Shown here piece after piece: positions 25,365-38,061 of a stretch of 64,000 nucleotides of DNA (position 1 is the stretch's first letter; the number at the start of each line of letters is the position of its first letter). Source of the DNA: Lama guanicoe (lineage: Eukaryota); contig MU053559.1 of the NCBI GenBank assembly GCA_013239625.1, positions 2,834,324 through 2,898,323 of the forward strand. The letters run 5' to 3'. Both the position numbers and the translations under genes were made by a program. The notes beneath the pieces were generated by a model. The model saw nothing but the letters and a program-made list of their open reading frames with translations. It made no database searches and was not told where the DNA came from.

Positions 25365-25532
25365 GTGAGAGATTCGTTACTTCCCCCTCACTCCTTATCA
25401 TTTTGGGTTGTGTGCAAAGATGTGCTCCTTAAACTTTAAAAATGTAGTAAAATTAACCCAAATAATTCTGTACACTCTTCTCAAAGACAAGCGTGGCTCG
25501 TATTAAATAGATTCATTTATTTCTTTTTCCAG

Positions 25533-25609
25533 CCAATAGCCTGTAATGCCCTTTCATCTGAGGGATATTGGATGTCTTAAAACTCCACTGTAGAGCTTTT
25601 CCTGGATGG
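25533..25609 (+). pseudogene. Putative fossil exon
   Basis: Strong acceptor TTTATTTCTTTTTCCAG; phase-0 read PIACNALSSEGYWMS*NSTVELFLD; donor GG|GTGAGG. Confidence 0.45.
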
Positions 25610-26089
25610 GTGAGGAGAAGATGTTTCCTCCTCCTGAGTTTGGAAATGGGTCACTTTCAGACTTTCACTTATCTCTACTTTTCATTATTACTGAGGGAAA
25701 AAAAAATGTAAGAGACTTGCTCAGGAACACACTCTCTTCCTGCCACTGGGAAAAGAACCTGGGTGTCAGGAACTAGTTAATGTTCAGATTTCTCAAGTCA
25801 GCGGCCAGGGCCCTTTCCTCTCTGTTCCAAGCCTGCCTTTCCAATCTCATTCATTCATTGACTCACCAAATTTTTATTAAGAATCTGTTGTGTGCTAGGC
25901 ATTTCCACTTATATAAATATCTGCAGCTCTGACCAAACCAATTGAATGTTCTTGGTAACTGCAAAATACCTTACTTTTGCTCCGGCCATTCCTCTCGCTT
26001 AAGAAAACTTGCTCGATCCTGCCTGCTTCCTGAATCCTTTCCAAGCCTCAAGAATCAGCTTTACTAATTAAAAAAAAAAATTCAGCTGA

Positions 26090-26420
26090 TAGAGCACAGG
26101 GAACTATATTCAATATCTTGTAGTAACCTATAATGAAAAAGAATATCAAAAGGAATATACATATGACTGAAACATGATGCTGTGCACCAGAAACTGACAC
26201 ATTGTAACTGACTATACTTCAATTTAAAAAAAAAATTAATAATAGGGTGGAAGGGTATAGCTCAGTGGTAGAATGTGCGCTTAGCATGCATAAGGTATTG
26301 GGTTCAATTCCCCAGTTCCTCTATGTAAAAAATAAATAAATAAACAAACATAATCACCACCCCCAGTGCAAAAAATAATAATAATAGAGAAAAGAAAAAT
26401 AAAGAAAGAATTTTTAAATT
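26090..26420 (+). mobile_element. L1 3' end with a Vic-1-like SINE (~26245-26385) in its A-tail
   Basis: L1 3'UTR motifs followed by GGGTATAGCTCAGTGGTAGA..GGGTTCAATTCCCAG; outer direct repeat TCAGCTGA. Confidence 0.78.
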
Positions 26421-27917
26421 TAAAAACATCAGCTGAGCATCCAATCTGTGTCAGGTACAGTCCTAGCATTGTGTAGACCCAGCACAACACACCCAGGCCT
26501 GGATATCAAAGAGCTTATAGTTTGGTCAGAGAGCTAGATCACCATGAAAGAGTCCAGAAGAGAGGGTGATTCATTGTGTTATGTGTGTGTCCTTGGGGAT
26601 TGGGGGCGATACGGAGGATGTCATGAAAGGCTTCACAGAAAACATGACCTGGAACAAAGCTTTTTGTTCATTTTTTTTTTATTGTTTATTCTATCCAAGT
26701 GTTTGTTTTGAAAAATTTCTAACCTACAGAAAAGCGGCAGGACCAGAATAATGAGCACCTGTTTCCCCTTCACCTATGACTCTCCTATTGTTAAGACTTC
26801 ATCACATTTCCCTTTTCTCTCCGTTTAGATATACGAACACACATATTTATCTGTTTGCTTCTTTCTTTTTGCTGAGCCATTGTTAACTGCAGATATAGCA
26901 ACACTCTAGCCCTTTCTGAATGTCCTAAGAACAAGGACACTGTCATACACAACTACAATACAGTGACCGTACTCAGGAAATTTAACATTGACCCGACATT
27001 ATTATCTAATATATACTCCATATTCAAAACTCACCAGTCCTCCCAATAATGTTATTTGTAGCTGTTTTTTCCCCCTTTTATCCAGGAAGGAATCAAGGAT
27101 CACACATCGCATTTATTATTACGCTTCTTTTGCATCTTTTAATTTGGAACCGTTTCTGAGCCTTTGGTTTTGCTTTCGTCTTTCCTAGGCATTGACGTTT
27201 GTGAAGAGCTCGGGCCAGTTTTGCAGACCTTCTTTCAATTTGGAAGTGTTTGAGCATTCCTTTGGGATTGGGTTCAGGGGAAATATTTTTGGCAAGAACA
27301 GTACCACAATGTGTCATTCTCAGTACATCTCCCTGGGGGCATGTGAGATCTGTCTGTCCCATTAATGATGATGATAATTTTGACCCCCTGGTTGAGGTGG
27401 CATTAGCTTGGCTTCTACATTGTAAAGGTAACTTTTCCTCTTTGTAATGAATGAGGAATATGTAGGGTGGCACTTTGAGTTGGTGGGAGTATCTTTCGAA
27501 TAGGACTTTGAAGGATGAATAGGAGTTTTCCAGGTAAACAAGAAGGGGAGACATTCTAGACAGGAAAGGAAGTATGTGCAAAGGCACAAGAGTGGGAAAT
27601 GGCATCAGGAGGGCAGAGAACAACTCAGAATTACTAGAGCAGACGGAGTGAGGCAGGAGTGGTAGGTGGAATGGCAGCAGCGGCAGAGATCCCAGAGGGC
27701 CTTGCAGCAGGCATTTGGGCTTGATCCTGTAGTACAGGGCAGCACACTGGAGTATTTTGTGCAGAGAAATGGCAAAACAGAATTAATTTTTAGGAAGCTC
27801 ACTTACAGCTATGTGGGTGAATTCGTGGAGCAGAAGGCGCAGTGGGGAGAAAGACAACGCTTGAGGGAGTGAGAGCTATTGCAATAGTCTAGACGAGCAA
27901 TGGTACATCCATTGCAG

Positions 27918-28390
27918 TCTTTTCTGCCGTGGAAGCTGAATCAAATCCAAATATAGTTCACCTCCTCAAGTGTCCACATGGGCCAGGCCACATAAGAGAA
28001 TTGAATATCAAACTTCCTATGCATCAGTGTCTGGAGAGTTTGCTGTTTTAGGGGGTGGACCATGAAGGCAAGAGGCTGAGGATACAGGTAATATGTTTAC
28101 AATGAAGGGTAGTGGTGGTGAGAAAACGTAAGCGTGTGGGATGAGGGCGCAGGAGAGCCAGCAGCTAAAAGGAGTTGCCTGTTATGTTTTCTGATGGGCA
28201 GATAGGGTTGGCGGTCCCCAGCAGAAGGCTCTAAGTCGGAGGTGGGAGTAGGCCTCCCTGAGTACTGAAGAGTTCTCATATGTTAATTGCATTTCCACGT
28301 AGGGCTAAGTTAGTTGTACCACTATACAACCAGCAGCAAGCCAGCTTCCTAGGACTTGTTGCTGGGTTCAGTTTGGTCTTTGGTGTCTGG
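27918..28390 (+). pseudogene. Two putative fossil exons (27918-28087, 28202-28390)
   Basis: ..CLESLLF*GVDHEGKRLRIQ|gtaata..ggcag|IGLAVPSRRL*..RAKLVVPLYNQQQASFLGLVAGFSLVFGVW; phase 0/0 junction. Confidence 0.5.
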
Positions 28391-28444
28391 GTGGTGAAGG
28401 GAGACAGATGGATATAAACATGGAAATCTTTAAATAACACTCTT

Positions 28445-28552
28445 GGGGGTGGAGGGTATAGCTCAGTGGTAGAGCACATGTTTAGCAAGCACCAGGTCCT
28501 GGGTTCGATCCCCAGTACTTTCAATGACAAATAAATAAATAAATAAAAATAA
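28445..28552 (+). mobile_element. Vic-1-like SINE
   Basis: A/B boxes; TSD AAATAACACTCTT. Confidence 0.88.
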
Positions 28553-28684
28553 AAATAACACTCTTCAGTCCAGAATAGATAGGGATGATATGAGAAAATG
28601 ATTGTGACTTACTTGTTTGGTGAAAACAATAAGCTTATAAAAAAGTAGTACTTTTTAGGTGAAATACATACCTATATGCATCAT

Positions 28685-28703
28685 ATATATGTATGTGTAT
28701 GTA

Positions 28704-28763
<60 letters not shown>
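28685..28763. repeat. Compound (GT)n(AT)n microsatellite
   Basis: Directly visible. Confidence 0.9.
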
Positions 28764-28764
<1 letters not shown>

Positions 28765-30485
28765 CATTAGTAAATCCTGTTTGTGGAAATATTAGGTATC
28801 AAAAGCCACCCTAGGTATATGTAGAGTAAAACATTCAACAAATGTCAGATATTTGATATTATATTTCAGCAGAGGGATTAAAGGGGATTATTCTTTCTTT
28901 TTTGGCATATCTATATTTTCAAATTTTCTAAAACAACTTGTGATTTTTATAATCTGAAAAAAATGAATCAAATGTATTTAGACATCATCAACTGATATCT
29001 TGTGGGTTTTTTTTTTGGCCTAAAATTAGCAAAGATGAAAAACTGATAATACTTCGTGGTGACAGAATTCAGAGAAATGACTACTCTCCTACATGGCTGG
29101 GGTGGGAGAAGGGGGTTAGAATCACTGGCCAAACCAAGTGGCGGTGAGGAGGTAGAACAAAGGAAACTCTTACAGTACAGGTGGCAGGGTGATGTGGTGC
29201 CACCAATTTGGAGACCAGTCCAGTAAAGCTGAAGATGCACATTGCCTCTGCCCCCAGCAATTCCAGCCTAGCTGGAAACTCATGCTCATATAGGCAAGAA
29301 GATATTTCCAAGAATATTTATTGCAATGCTGTTTCTAACAGTGAAAAAAGGAGACAATATAAATGTCTATCAAGAAGAAAATGAAAATTTGATGGCATAG
29401 TCATGTAATAGGTACCATACAAACAGGAAAACAAATGAACGAGGGGATACATGTGTAAACCTGGATAAGCCTCAAAAGTATAAAATTGTACAAAAAGAGC
29501 AAGTTATGGAACAAAATGTGAAGCATGAACTTTAAAAACAGGTAGAGCAGTACCATACATTGTTTACACATGCATATACCTATAAATGAATAGATAGACA
29601 GACAGATAGATAGATATATGTTAAAAACCCAGATGGGACTGAAAAACACCAAATTGAGGACAGTTATTCCTCCAGGGAAAGAATTGGATCTGGGTGTGAT
29701 AGATAGGGTGTTTCAATATGTCTTAATATTTTCTTTCCTTAAGAAAATAGATCTGAAGCAAATATGGCAAAACATTAAGGTCTGACAAACTGGATGCTGG
29801 GTACCCAGGTATTTATCATCATATCCAGCAGACTTTAGGATTGCTTGAAGTATCTCATAATAAAAATAAATGGGGAAAAATGCACATGTGCTTTGAACTA
29901 GCAATTTCTCTGCTGGTAATTTATTCATTTATTCTAAGGAAATCCTCACAAATGTGTGCAGAGATTTACCTACCAATATGTTCATTCTAAGCATTATTCA
30001 CAATATAAAAAAACTGGAGAAAACCTAATCTAAGAATAAGGGTTTGTTTAACTAGATTATGAAACCTTGATAAGAAAATACAATGCAGCTCTTAAAATGA
30101 TTACCTAGAAGAATATTTATGGTCATGGAGAAATTTCGTACTATTTCATTATTAGAAAATGCTATGAAAGAGTTGGAGCTCAATTTATAAACCTAAGTAA
30201 AATCTTTTATCTCTATATATGGATTCATGAATAGAGAAAAGCAAAGAAGAATATACACAGAAATGTCCACAGTCATTATCTCTGAGTAGTGTTATTGCAG
30301 GTGCTTTTTATTTTCTGGATTTCCCCAAAATGTATATAATAGATATGCAATAGTTTTATAATTAGAAAAATCATATCTTTTTAAAAGAGACTAATGCAAT
30401 GGTTTTGGTAAGAGATGATAATACGGAATGGGGGAAAAATAGCAGCTGCAGGACAAAGAAGAGACAGCATCAAGAATGATTATCG

Positions 30486-30587
30486 GTGAGGGTATATATA
30501 GCTCAACTGGTAGAGCACATGCTTAGCATGCATGAGGTCCTGGGTTCAATCCCCAGTAGCTCCTCTAAAAATAGATAAATGAATAAA
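30486..30587 (+). mobile_element. Vic-1-like SINE
   Basis: TAGCTCAACTGGTAGAGCACATGCTTAGCATGCATGAGGTCCTGGGTTCAATCCCCAG. Confidence 0.85.
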
Positions 30588-30619
30588 GCTGGTTTTACCA
30601 AATTTTGGCAGATGATTGA

Positions 30620-30968
30620 TACACTAGGGGAAGCCAACTTAGGGATTCCCAGGAAAGGTTTTGTGGCTCCTAGGGAAGAGACAATAGTACTAGAGACCAC
30701 TTTTCTTCCCCTATAAATCATTTCTGGATGTAATACCCAGATGTTAGCAGCCATTTTGCAGCCATGTGGGAAGGCAGCCTTAGGGCAAAGCCAATATCCT
30801 GGAGATGGCAGAGTGGAGAGGTGGAAAGAGCTTGGGTCCTTCTTGGTGTTGTCATGATTCTTTCTCAACCAGCCCCAGAACCTGCCTACCTCTAGACTTC
30901 TTGTTATGTGGGATAATAAACTCTCTTATTGTTTAAGCATCTTGAGTCAGAATTTTCTGTCATTTGCC
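30620..30968 (+). mobile_element. MLT1 (MaLR) LTR fragment
   Basis: GCAGCCATTTTG..CTCTAGACTTCTTGTTATGTGGGATAATAAAC..TTGTTTAAGC. Confidence 0.65.
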
Positions 30969-31353
30969 TCATTCATCTGAAGTAAGATAGATAATTTTAT
31001 GGAGGTGTCTATGGTAGAACAATGGCTTTTGAGAGGAAGGAAGACTTGCCTGAGGTCCTAAGCAGCAGAGTCTGGATCCTAAAGAAAACCTCAGGCAAGT
31101 TATTTGATTGATTTAAATTGTCGACGCAGTATGAAATTTTATATGTGTTATATTTCATTTGTATAAATCCAGGCTTATTTTATTTTAAATCCAATAATAT
31201 AGAAGTTTATAGAGTAAAAAGTGGAATTCCCCCTTTCACTCACCCATCAAGCCTGATCCTTTACTCAGAGGTAACTGGTAAGAATAATATGATGTGTTTC
31301 CTTTCAGATCTTTCCCTGGGCATTTACACTCATTGATTTTTATCAAAAATTAG

Positions 31354-31720
31354 AGGGAATATTGAAGATGGTCTAAGGTAAAACAGAGGCCTCGAGTCAC
31401 ACCTGAAATTGTTCTGGATACACAAAGAGATAAGGCAGTCATTGTCCAGAAGAGAGGAAATAATGTGTCAACGGGCCTGTGGGAATGCTGGACAAGAAAT
31501 ACAGACATATGGATTAAGGTGGTGTGTTCAGAGAAAACAAAACTACTTCAAGTCAGAAGTCTTGCCGTTAGACTTCAATTTTCAGGCATTGATTTCTGAG
31601 AAAGATGCTTCTCGTGTGGGCAATTCAACGCAGCATGCTCCAGGATGAGTTGTTTTGAAGACTTCTCCAGGATTCTTCAGAATGAGTGGTAGTAGCAGAG
31701 ATTTATTTGTTTACAGATGG
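31354..31720 (+). pseudogene. Two putative fossil exons (~31354-31518, 31586-31720) separated by a 67-nt GT-AG intron
   Basis: ..KAVIVQKRGNNVSTGLWECWTRNTDIWIK|ALISEKDASRVGNSTQHAPG*VV(frameshift)FEDFSRIL; donor TGG|GTAATA; 5' boundary uncertain. Confidence 0.5.
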
Positions 31721-31848
31721 GTAATATACGAGTAATGCTGGGGAAATTAAGGGGGAATGATAGTCATATAATTACACTGTACGTATTAGTCTGCAAATTT
31801 TTTCACTTGACAGTATCTCTTGGATATCTGTTTTTGTTGATCTCATTT

Positions 31849-31891
<43 letters not shown>

Positions 31892-31994
31892 TTATTTTTA
31901 TTGGTTCGCATTCTTTTTAAAGGCTGTGTAGTATTCTGTAGTATGGAAACACCGTGTTTTATTTAACCATTACCACCCTGACTGATCTTTGAGA

Positions 31995-33041
31995 TGTACA
32001 GAGGTTCAGAATATGTCATTTTAAAAGGTGCCACTTTGCCATATTGATTATTTTATATTAAAGGTACTTGAGAAACAGCTGGTACAAGAAGTATGCTCTT
32101 TTGTCCCCAAGAAAGTAGGAGCTAAATCTCCCATGTGAGAGGTACCCTCCCTGTACCAGAAGGGGAGAACGCATCCTTATTACCAGAGACAGGGAATTTA
32201 GGGCAAAAGGCTATATAAACAAAACTTGTTTCTTCTTCACCATTATATTACCCTTCTCCCTAACCCCTCTGTCTTGTTAATTCTTCACGAATGTATTATT
32301 TCTTTGTCTAAAAGGTATGAAAACTTTTTGCCTTTGGTTACTTCATTGAGTCTCATATCTTTGTGATACTCCTGTACTTAGATTTGTAATTAAATTTGTT
32401 TTTCTCATGTTAATCTATCTTTTTATTACAGAGGGATCTCATTCAAGAATCTAGAAGAGTAATAGCCAAGACATGGAAACAATCTAAATGTCCGCTGACA
32501 TATGACTGGATAAAGAAGTTGTGATATATTTACACAATGAAATATTATTCAGCCATAAAAAATAGTAAAATAATGCCAGTTGCAGCAACATGGATGGACC
32601 TGGAGATTGTCATTCTATGTGAAGTAAGCCAGAAAAATAAAGAAAAATACCATATGATATCACTCATATGTGGAATCTAAATAAAAAAAAGAAAGAAAAA
32701 TAAACTTATTTACAAACAGAATCAGACTCAGACATAGAAAACAAACTTAATTGTTATGGGGGGGAGGAGTGGGAAGAGATAAATTAGGAGTTTGAGATTT
32801 GCAGATACTAACTACTATATATAAAATAGATAACAAGTTTCTGCTATATAGCATGGGGAGCTATATTCAATGTCTTGTAGTAACTTATAATGAAAAAGAA
32901 TATGGAAACGAATATATGTATGTATATGTGTGACTGAACTGTTATGCTGTACACCAGAAATTGACACAATATTGTAAACTGACTATACTTCAATTTAAAA
33001 AAATCCAGAAGGGTAGAGGAAACATTTTTTCCTCCCTTACA
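31995..33041 (+). mobile_element. ERV1-type solo LTR interrupted by an L1 3' end (~32462-33000)
   Basis: TG..CA ends, flanks GAGA/GACA; inner TSD AATCYAGAAGRGTA. Confidence 0.72.
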
Positions 33042-33190
33042 GACATTTTCAATTATGTATTATTACCAACAATGAGGCAATGAAAATCCTCTTATATATA
33101 TATATATTTGTGCCTACATACAACTCAGTATGATGAATTTCTAGATGTAAAATTGCTGATTCAAAAAGAATGTATACTTTATATTTTAAT

Positions 33191-33822
33191 TATCACGGTC
33201 CAATTCTTGTCGAACCCAAGTTCATGTGCCTGACTCACCGCGAGGCCAAATCTAAACATCGAAGCTTGGAGCAGAGAACGGTTTGTCGCAGGGCCAAGCA
33301 AGGAGAACAGGGCAGCTCAAGCTCAAAAGGACCAAACTCCTTAGTGGTTTTTGGAAGAGTATTTATAGGCAAGATTTGGGGGGAGGTCTGCAGGGCGTGT
33401 GCCCTTCCTCTGATTGGTTGGTGAGGTAACAGTTGTTCCAGGAATCGCAATCATAAGCCTTCTGGTTCCAACCAGCCTGTTGTCCACAGGCTGGTGCTCA
33501 GCCTAAGATTACCATGTTCCGCCTAGGTGGGGGCCTTAGTTCCTACACAAGAACTCAGAGATGTGTATCAGATTGGAATGCACATCCCCCGAGGAGGAAC
33601 CAGACCCAGGCCTCATACAGCATTATTTCTTTCTTCATTCCCTCACTCCCCGAGTGAGTAGTTGTTTGAATCTGCCCTTTAGAACTCAGGGAAGGTCTAA
33701 GAGGCTGAAACCTTTCTCCTACAAAAAAGACATGAGAGACGAAAGGCTTTTGTCCTTAGGAGGGCCCCTCAGGGTCCTTCTCCATTTCAGGCCCCCCTTT
33801 TCTTTGTTACTCCTCAGTTTCA
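33191..33822 (-). mobile_element. ERV1-type solo LTR
   Basis: Reverse LTR organisation, TATA-like motif on the minus strand; flanks TAAT/CAAT. Confidence 0.68.
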
Positions 33823-34377
33823 CAATTACCCACCAAAAAGCCTGTGTCAATTCGTATTCCTTCATACCTTCCTCAATCCTGTATAATATCAACCTTTTCC
33901 ATTTGCATCAATTTAATAGGGAAAAATGGCACCTTGTTCTTTTAATTTTCTTTACACTGATTATTACCAAATTAGAGAACGATTTTAATATATGAATTGG
34001 TCATTTACATACCTTCTTTTCTGAATTACTAGTTAATATCCCTTGCCCATTTTTTCCCCTAGTCTTTTATTGACAATCCGCAAGAACTCTTAAAATAACA
34101 GGGTTTTAGTTCTTTGTTGTATATGTTAAACACATTTTCTCCTAATCTTTTGTTCCTGTTTTCCAATTTCCTTTTTAGGAGCTTTTGCCATATGTAAACT
34201 TACAACTGTTACGTTGTTTAATCTGTAAATCTTTTCCCTGGAAACTTCGGGGGTTTTGTGTTCCAAGATTTAAACAATTTGTTTTATTTACTTCCAGTAT
34301 TTCGTGGTTTTGTTTTTTATATTTACATTTTTTTCTTCCTTAAAAAAACTTTTTGTTATGGAAAATTTCAAACATGC

Positions 34378-35035
34378 TGTGATGCTGTGATTAACGATAA
34401 GAAATACGTATTTGGTCTCCATCCCTGATTTCTGGCACAGAGCTCTTAAAACCCTTGGAATTTCTTAAAAAATAAGAGTGATAAAGGTGTAATGGGTGGC
34501 TTTTGTTATTCATAAAAGCTCACCTGAGTTTATGTTAATGAGTGGCCTTTGGAAAGCCCCTTTGTAATCCGAGGAAGGGGGCTGGTTGCCAGGGGAACCA
34601 ACCTTGTGATTAGAGGGTTGTAATTTTCAGCCTCTGGGGAGGAGATTGGGGTTGGAGGTCGAACTAATCACCAATAGCTATTGATTTAATCAACTATGCT
34701 TATATAATGAAGCCTCCCGACCTAAAAACCCCAAAAGGACAGGGGTTGGAGGGTTTCCAGTTTGGTAAACACATGGAGGTGTGGGGATAGCAGTGAGCCC
34801 AGAGAGGGCATGGAAACTCTGTGCCCCTTTGCCACACCTTGCCCTGGCATCGCTTCCAGCTGGCTGCTCCTGAGTTGTAGCCCTTTACGATAAACCTGTA
34901 ATTTAGTAAGTGAAATGTTTCTCGGAGTCCTGTGAGCCTCAGGCTAATGAATTGAACCCAAGGAGGGGATTGTGGGAACCTTGGATTTGTAGTCAGATGG
35001 TCAGAAACAGAGCTGACAACCTGGACTTGTGATTC
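34378..35035 (+). mobile_element. MER21-like LTR
   Basis: Similar to the 15742 element (TCTGGCACAGAGCTCTTAAAACCCTTGGAATTTC). Confidence 0.72.
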
Positions 35036-35344
35036 TTGAAATTCTCCCTGTAGCTTCCCACCCCCAATTCCATTCTCTTACTCAGAGGTAACTACTGATA
35101 GTAAGTTTCCTTTTATTTTTATTTTATTTATTTTTTTATTGAGGTATAATTAATTTACAATGTTGTGTCAATTAATAAGTTTCCTTTTAGATCTTTACTG
35201 GACATTTATAGACACACAGACTTTTTACCAAAATAGGAGGGAGTATTTAAGATGGTTTAAGGTAAAACACAGGCCATGAACTATTACCTTGAAGTGGATA
35301 TGTGTGTGTGTGTCCATGAGCAATTTACCTTTTGGTTTTGTGTA

Positions 35345-36060
35345 TTTTTTTTAATGTTTTATCAATCAATTAATTATTGGGGTAAAATGTACATAACAAA
35401 ATTTACCATTTTTTCCCCCAACCCAGGCCTCACTTGCTGCGCCCTGGCCCCACCCCCATCCCAGCGACCCTCACCCCTGGCCTTCTGCCCATTTTAAACG
35501 TTTTTAAATGTACACTTCAATGGCATTAAGTTCATTCACATTGCTGGCCAGCCATCACTACTATTCATCTCCAGACCTTTTTCACCATCCCAAACTGAAA
35601 CTGTCCCCATTAACCAATGACTCCATATGACACCCACCCTAGCCCCTGGTAACTCTTTCACTTTGCATCTCAATAAATTTGCTTTCTGTAGGTACCTCAC
35701 ATAAGTGGGCTCATACAATATTTGTCTTTTTGTCTCTTGGTTATTTCACCCAGCATAACGTCCTCAAGGTTCATCCATGTTTTAGCATGTATCAGAATTT
35801 CATTCATTTTTAAGGCTGAATAATATTCTATGGTATATATATGTGTGTGTATATAATATATATATATAATATTTTGTTTATTCATTTGTCTGTTGATGGA
35901 CATTTGGATCCTTTCTACCTTTTGGTTATTGTGAATAGTGCTGCTATAAACATTGATGTACAAGAATCTGTCTGAGTCCCTGCTTTTAATTCTTTTGAGT
36001 ATGCACCCAGAAGTGGGTTGTAAAGTAATTCTGTGTTTAATTTTTGAGGAATCACCATTC
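35345..36060 (-). mobile_element. L1 3' end (L1MA/MB-like)
   Basis: Reverse ORF2 remnant YTIEYYSALKMNEILIHAKTWMNLEDVML; TSD TGGTTTTGTGTATTT. Confidence 0.82.
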
Positions 36061-36721
36061 TGGTTTTGTGTATTTGAATGTTTACATATATAAATTAATC
36101 TGGTGGGACTTTCTGTCTCTATACAATCATTCCTTTAGAGAACTTAATATGTTTGGGTCCTCTTTTCTGTCCTTCCATAATTTATACTTTTCTTTATAGA
36201 AAACTGCCTCATGGTGAGTTGTAGATACTTTATGAGCTTTATAGCTATCGTGAATGGTACCTCTTTTTCAACCTTCCCCTCCTCCCTTTCTCCTTTTCTT
36301 TCCTTTTCCCCTCTTCCCCCCCTTCTCTCTTCCTTTCTTTGGTTAACACAAGTTGGCCCTTAACTAATGTAGACTACTTCTGCATTGCTTAATCTGATTC
36401 ACTAACAGAAATGTCTCAAACTACGTGGCTGGAAATTTTGACCAGGGACTTTAGTACACATGAAGCAGAAATACAAAAGTCTTTCATCCAGTGAGATTAT
36501 TGGTGCTCATAAATCAATTTACTTGCTAATGCTTATAATGAAATACGGACGTGAAAGAAAAAAATTTTGAGAAATGCATAGAGGAATTTTCCTGATTAAT
36601 TAAAAAAATTTAAAATTATGATGTTGGAAATTGGAATAAAATGTTAAGATATGTGTTCATATATTTTCTATCTAAAGCTTGTAACCTCAAAATGATTTAT
36701 TTATTCAACTCCATAGGAAAT

Positions 36722-36832
36722 TATTTATTTATTTACTTTTTTGTGTGTGTGGGGGGAGGGAGGTAATTAGGTTTGTTTGTTTATTTATTTATTTATTTAT
36801 TTTATAGAGATTTGAGCTATATACCCTCCCCC
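36722..36832 (-). mobile_element. Internally deleted Vic-1-like SINE
   Basis: Head (GAGCTATATACCCTCCCC) joined to tail; TSD CATAGGAAATT. Confidence 0.72.
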
Positions 36833-37408
36833 TCATAGGAAATTTTTAATGGGAAGTTATTTATAATGCAATGAAAATTTGCAGCATTGCAGAATGCCGT
36901 TCCGCTTCTAGTGACACATTGCACACTCATTGAGTGAAAGGGATCTGAGGATACGAGTATTTCTTCGTCTCCCTTAATATCTAACACAGTGCCTTGTGCT
37001 TCATAGCTACTCATAAATATGTGCTCAGCTTATAAAGGAAGACAATTTTCACAAAAAAAGTGACTTTAAAAGTAGACTGCTTCCTGTAGGTTTTTTTTTT
37101 TTAATTGACGTATAGATGTTTTACTATGTTATGTTAGTTTCTGGTGTACAGCGTAGTGATTCAGTTATATATATATACATTCCTTTTTATATTCCTGTTG
37201 TGTTTTTTGATCTAGAATTTGGTTGAGACATTCTTATTTCCCCAACTAGTTTTTATAGGAATATGAGTGAAATAAATACTTAATATCCCCTTTCTTACCA
37301 CTCAAATAATTTAGATTTTAAAGAAGGAAGGTAAAAGATTTTGGAAATAGAAAAACAAGATTGACATGCGTATTTTCTTGACTGTAGGAGCTGGAGGCCC
37401 ACAGTATT

Positions 37409-38061
37409 TGTTACCAAACCAGGTCCATTTGCCTGAGGCGCAGCCAGCCAAAGGCTGAGATACTGAGCTTTGCAGCAGAGAAAGGGTTTACTTATGAGGC
37501 AGCCATCGAGGAAATAGGAGAACAAGTCTCAGATCGGCCTCCCCAAAGTGAGGGGCTTGGGATATTTATGGGATAAGGAAGCAAGGTAGCCTGAGGTGTG
37601 GGGGATGATGATTGGAGGCAAGAAAAGGGTGATGTCATCAGTATTCTGAGCAGGTGTATCTGAGTTACATGCTGTGTCACGGGATGCATGTTCAGAAAGC
37701 GGCAGTCTTAGCATGCTCTGAGGGTGGAGTTTTTGGCTCTCTGACATAAAAAGATCATTCACTGGATACTTGCTCAGGCCCGGTTTGAGGATTAGTGGTC
37801 CCAGCCAGTCTTAGCTGGTCTGTACTGGACAAAAGCTGACTCCAATTTCCTGTAAAACAAAGTAAGGCACCATTACTACATATCTATAGGGAATGGTTAA
37901 GGAGTTTTGTGATCTATTATCTTTACTATCTGAAGCTTGAAGGTTATGCAATTTGCAAAAATAATTAAAGTGAGCTTAGTCAATGAAGACAGGTTTCAGG
38001 TTATTAGTTACTGAGCAAGCTACAGTTTAACGAATCTAACTGATGACCACCCTCAGTTTCA
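37409..38061 (-). mobile_element. ERV1 (MER41-like) solo LTR
   Basis: TGTTACC..CAGTTTCA ends, flanks TATT/TACT; MER41-like GGAGAACAAGTCTCAGATCGGCCTCCCC. Confidence 0.7.
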
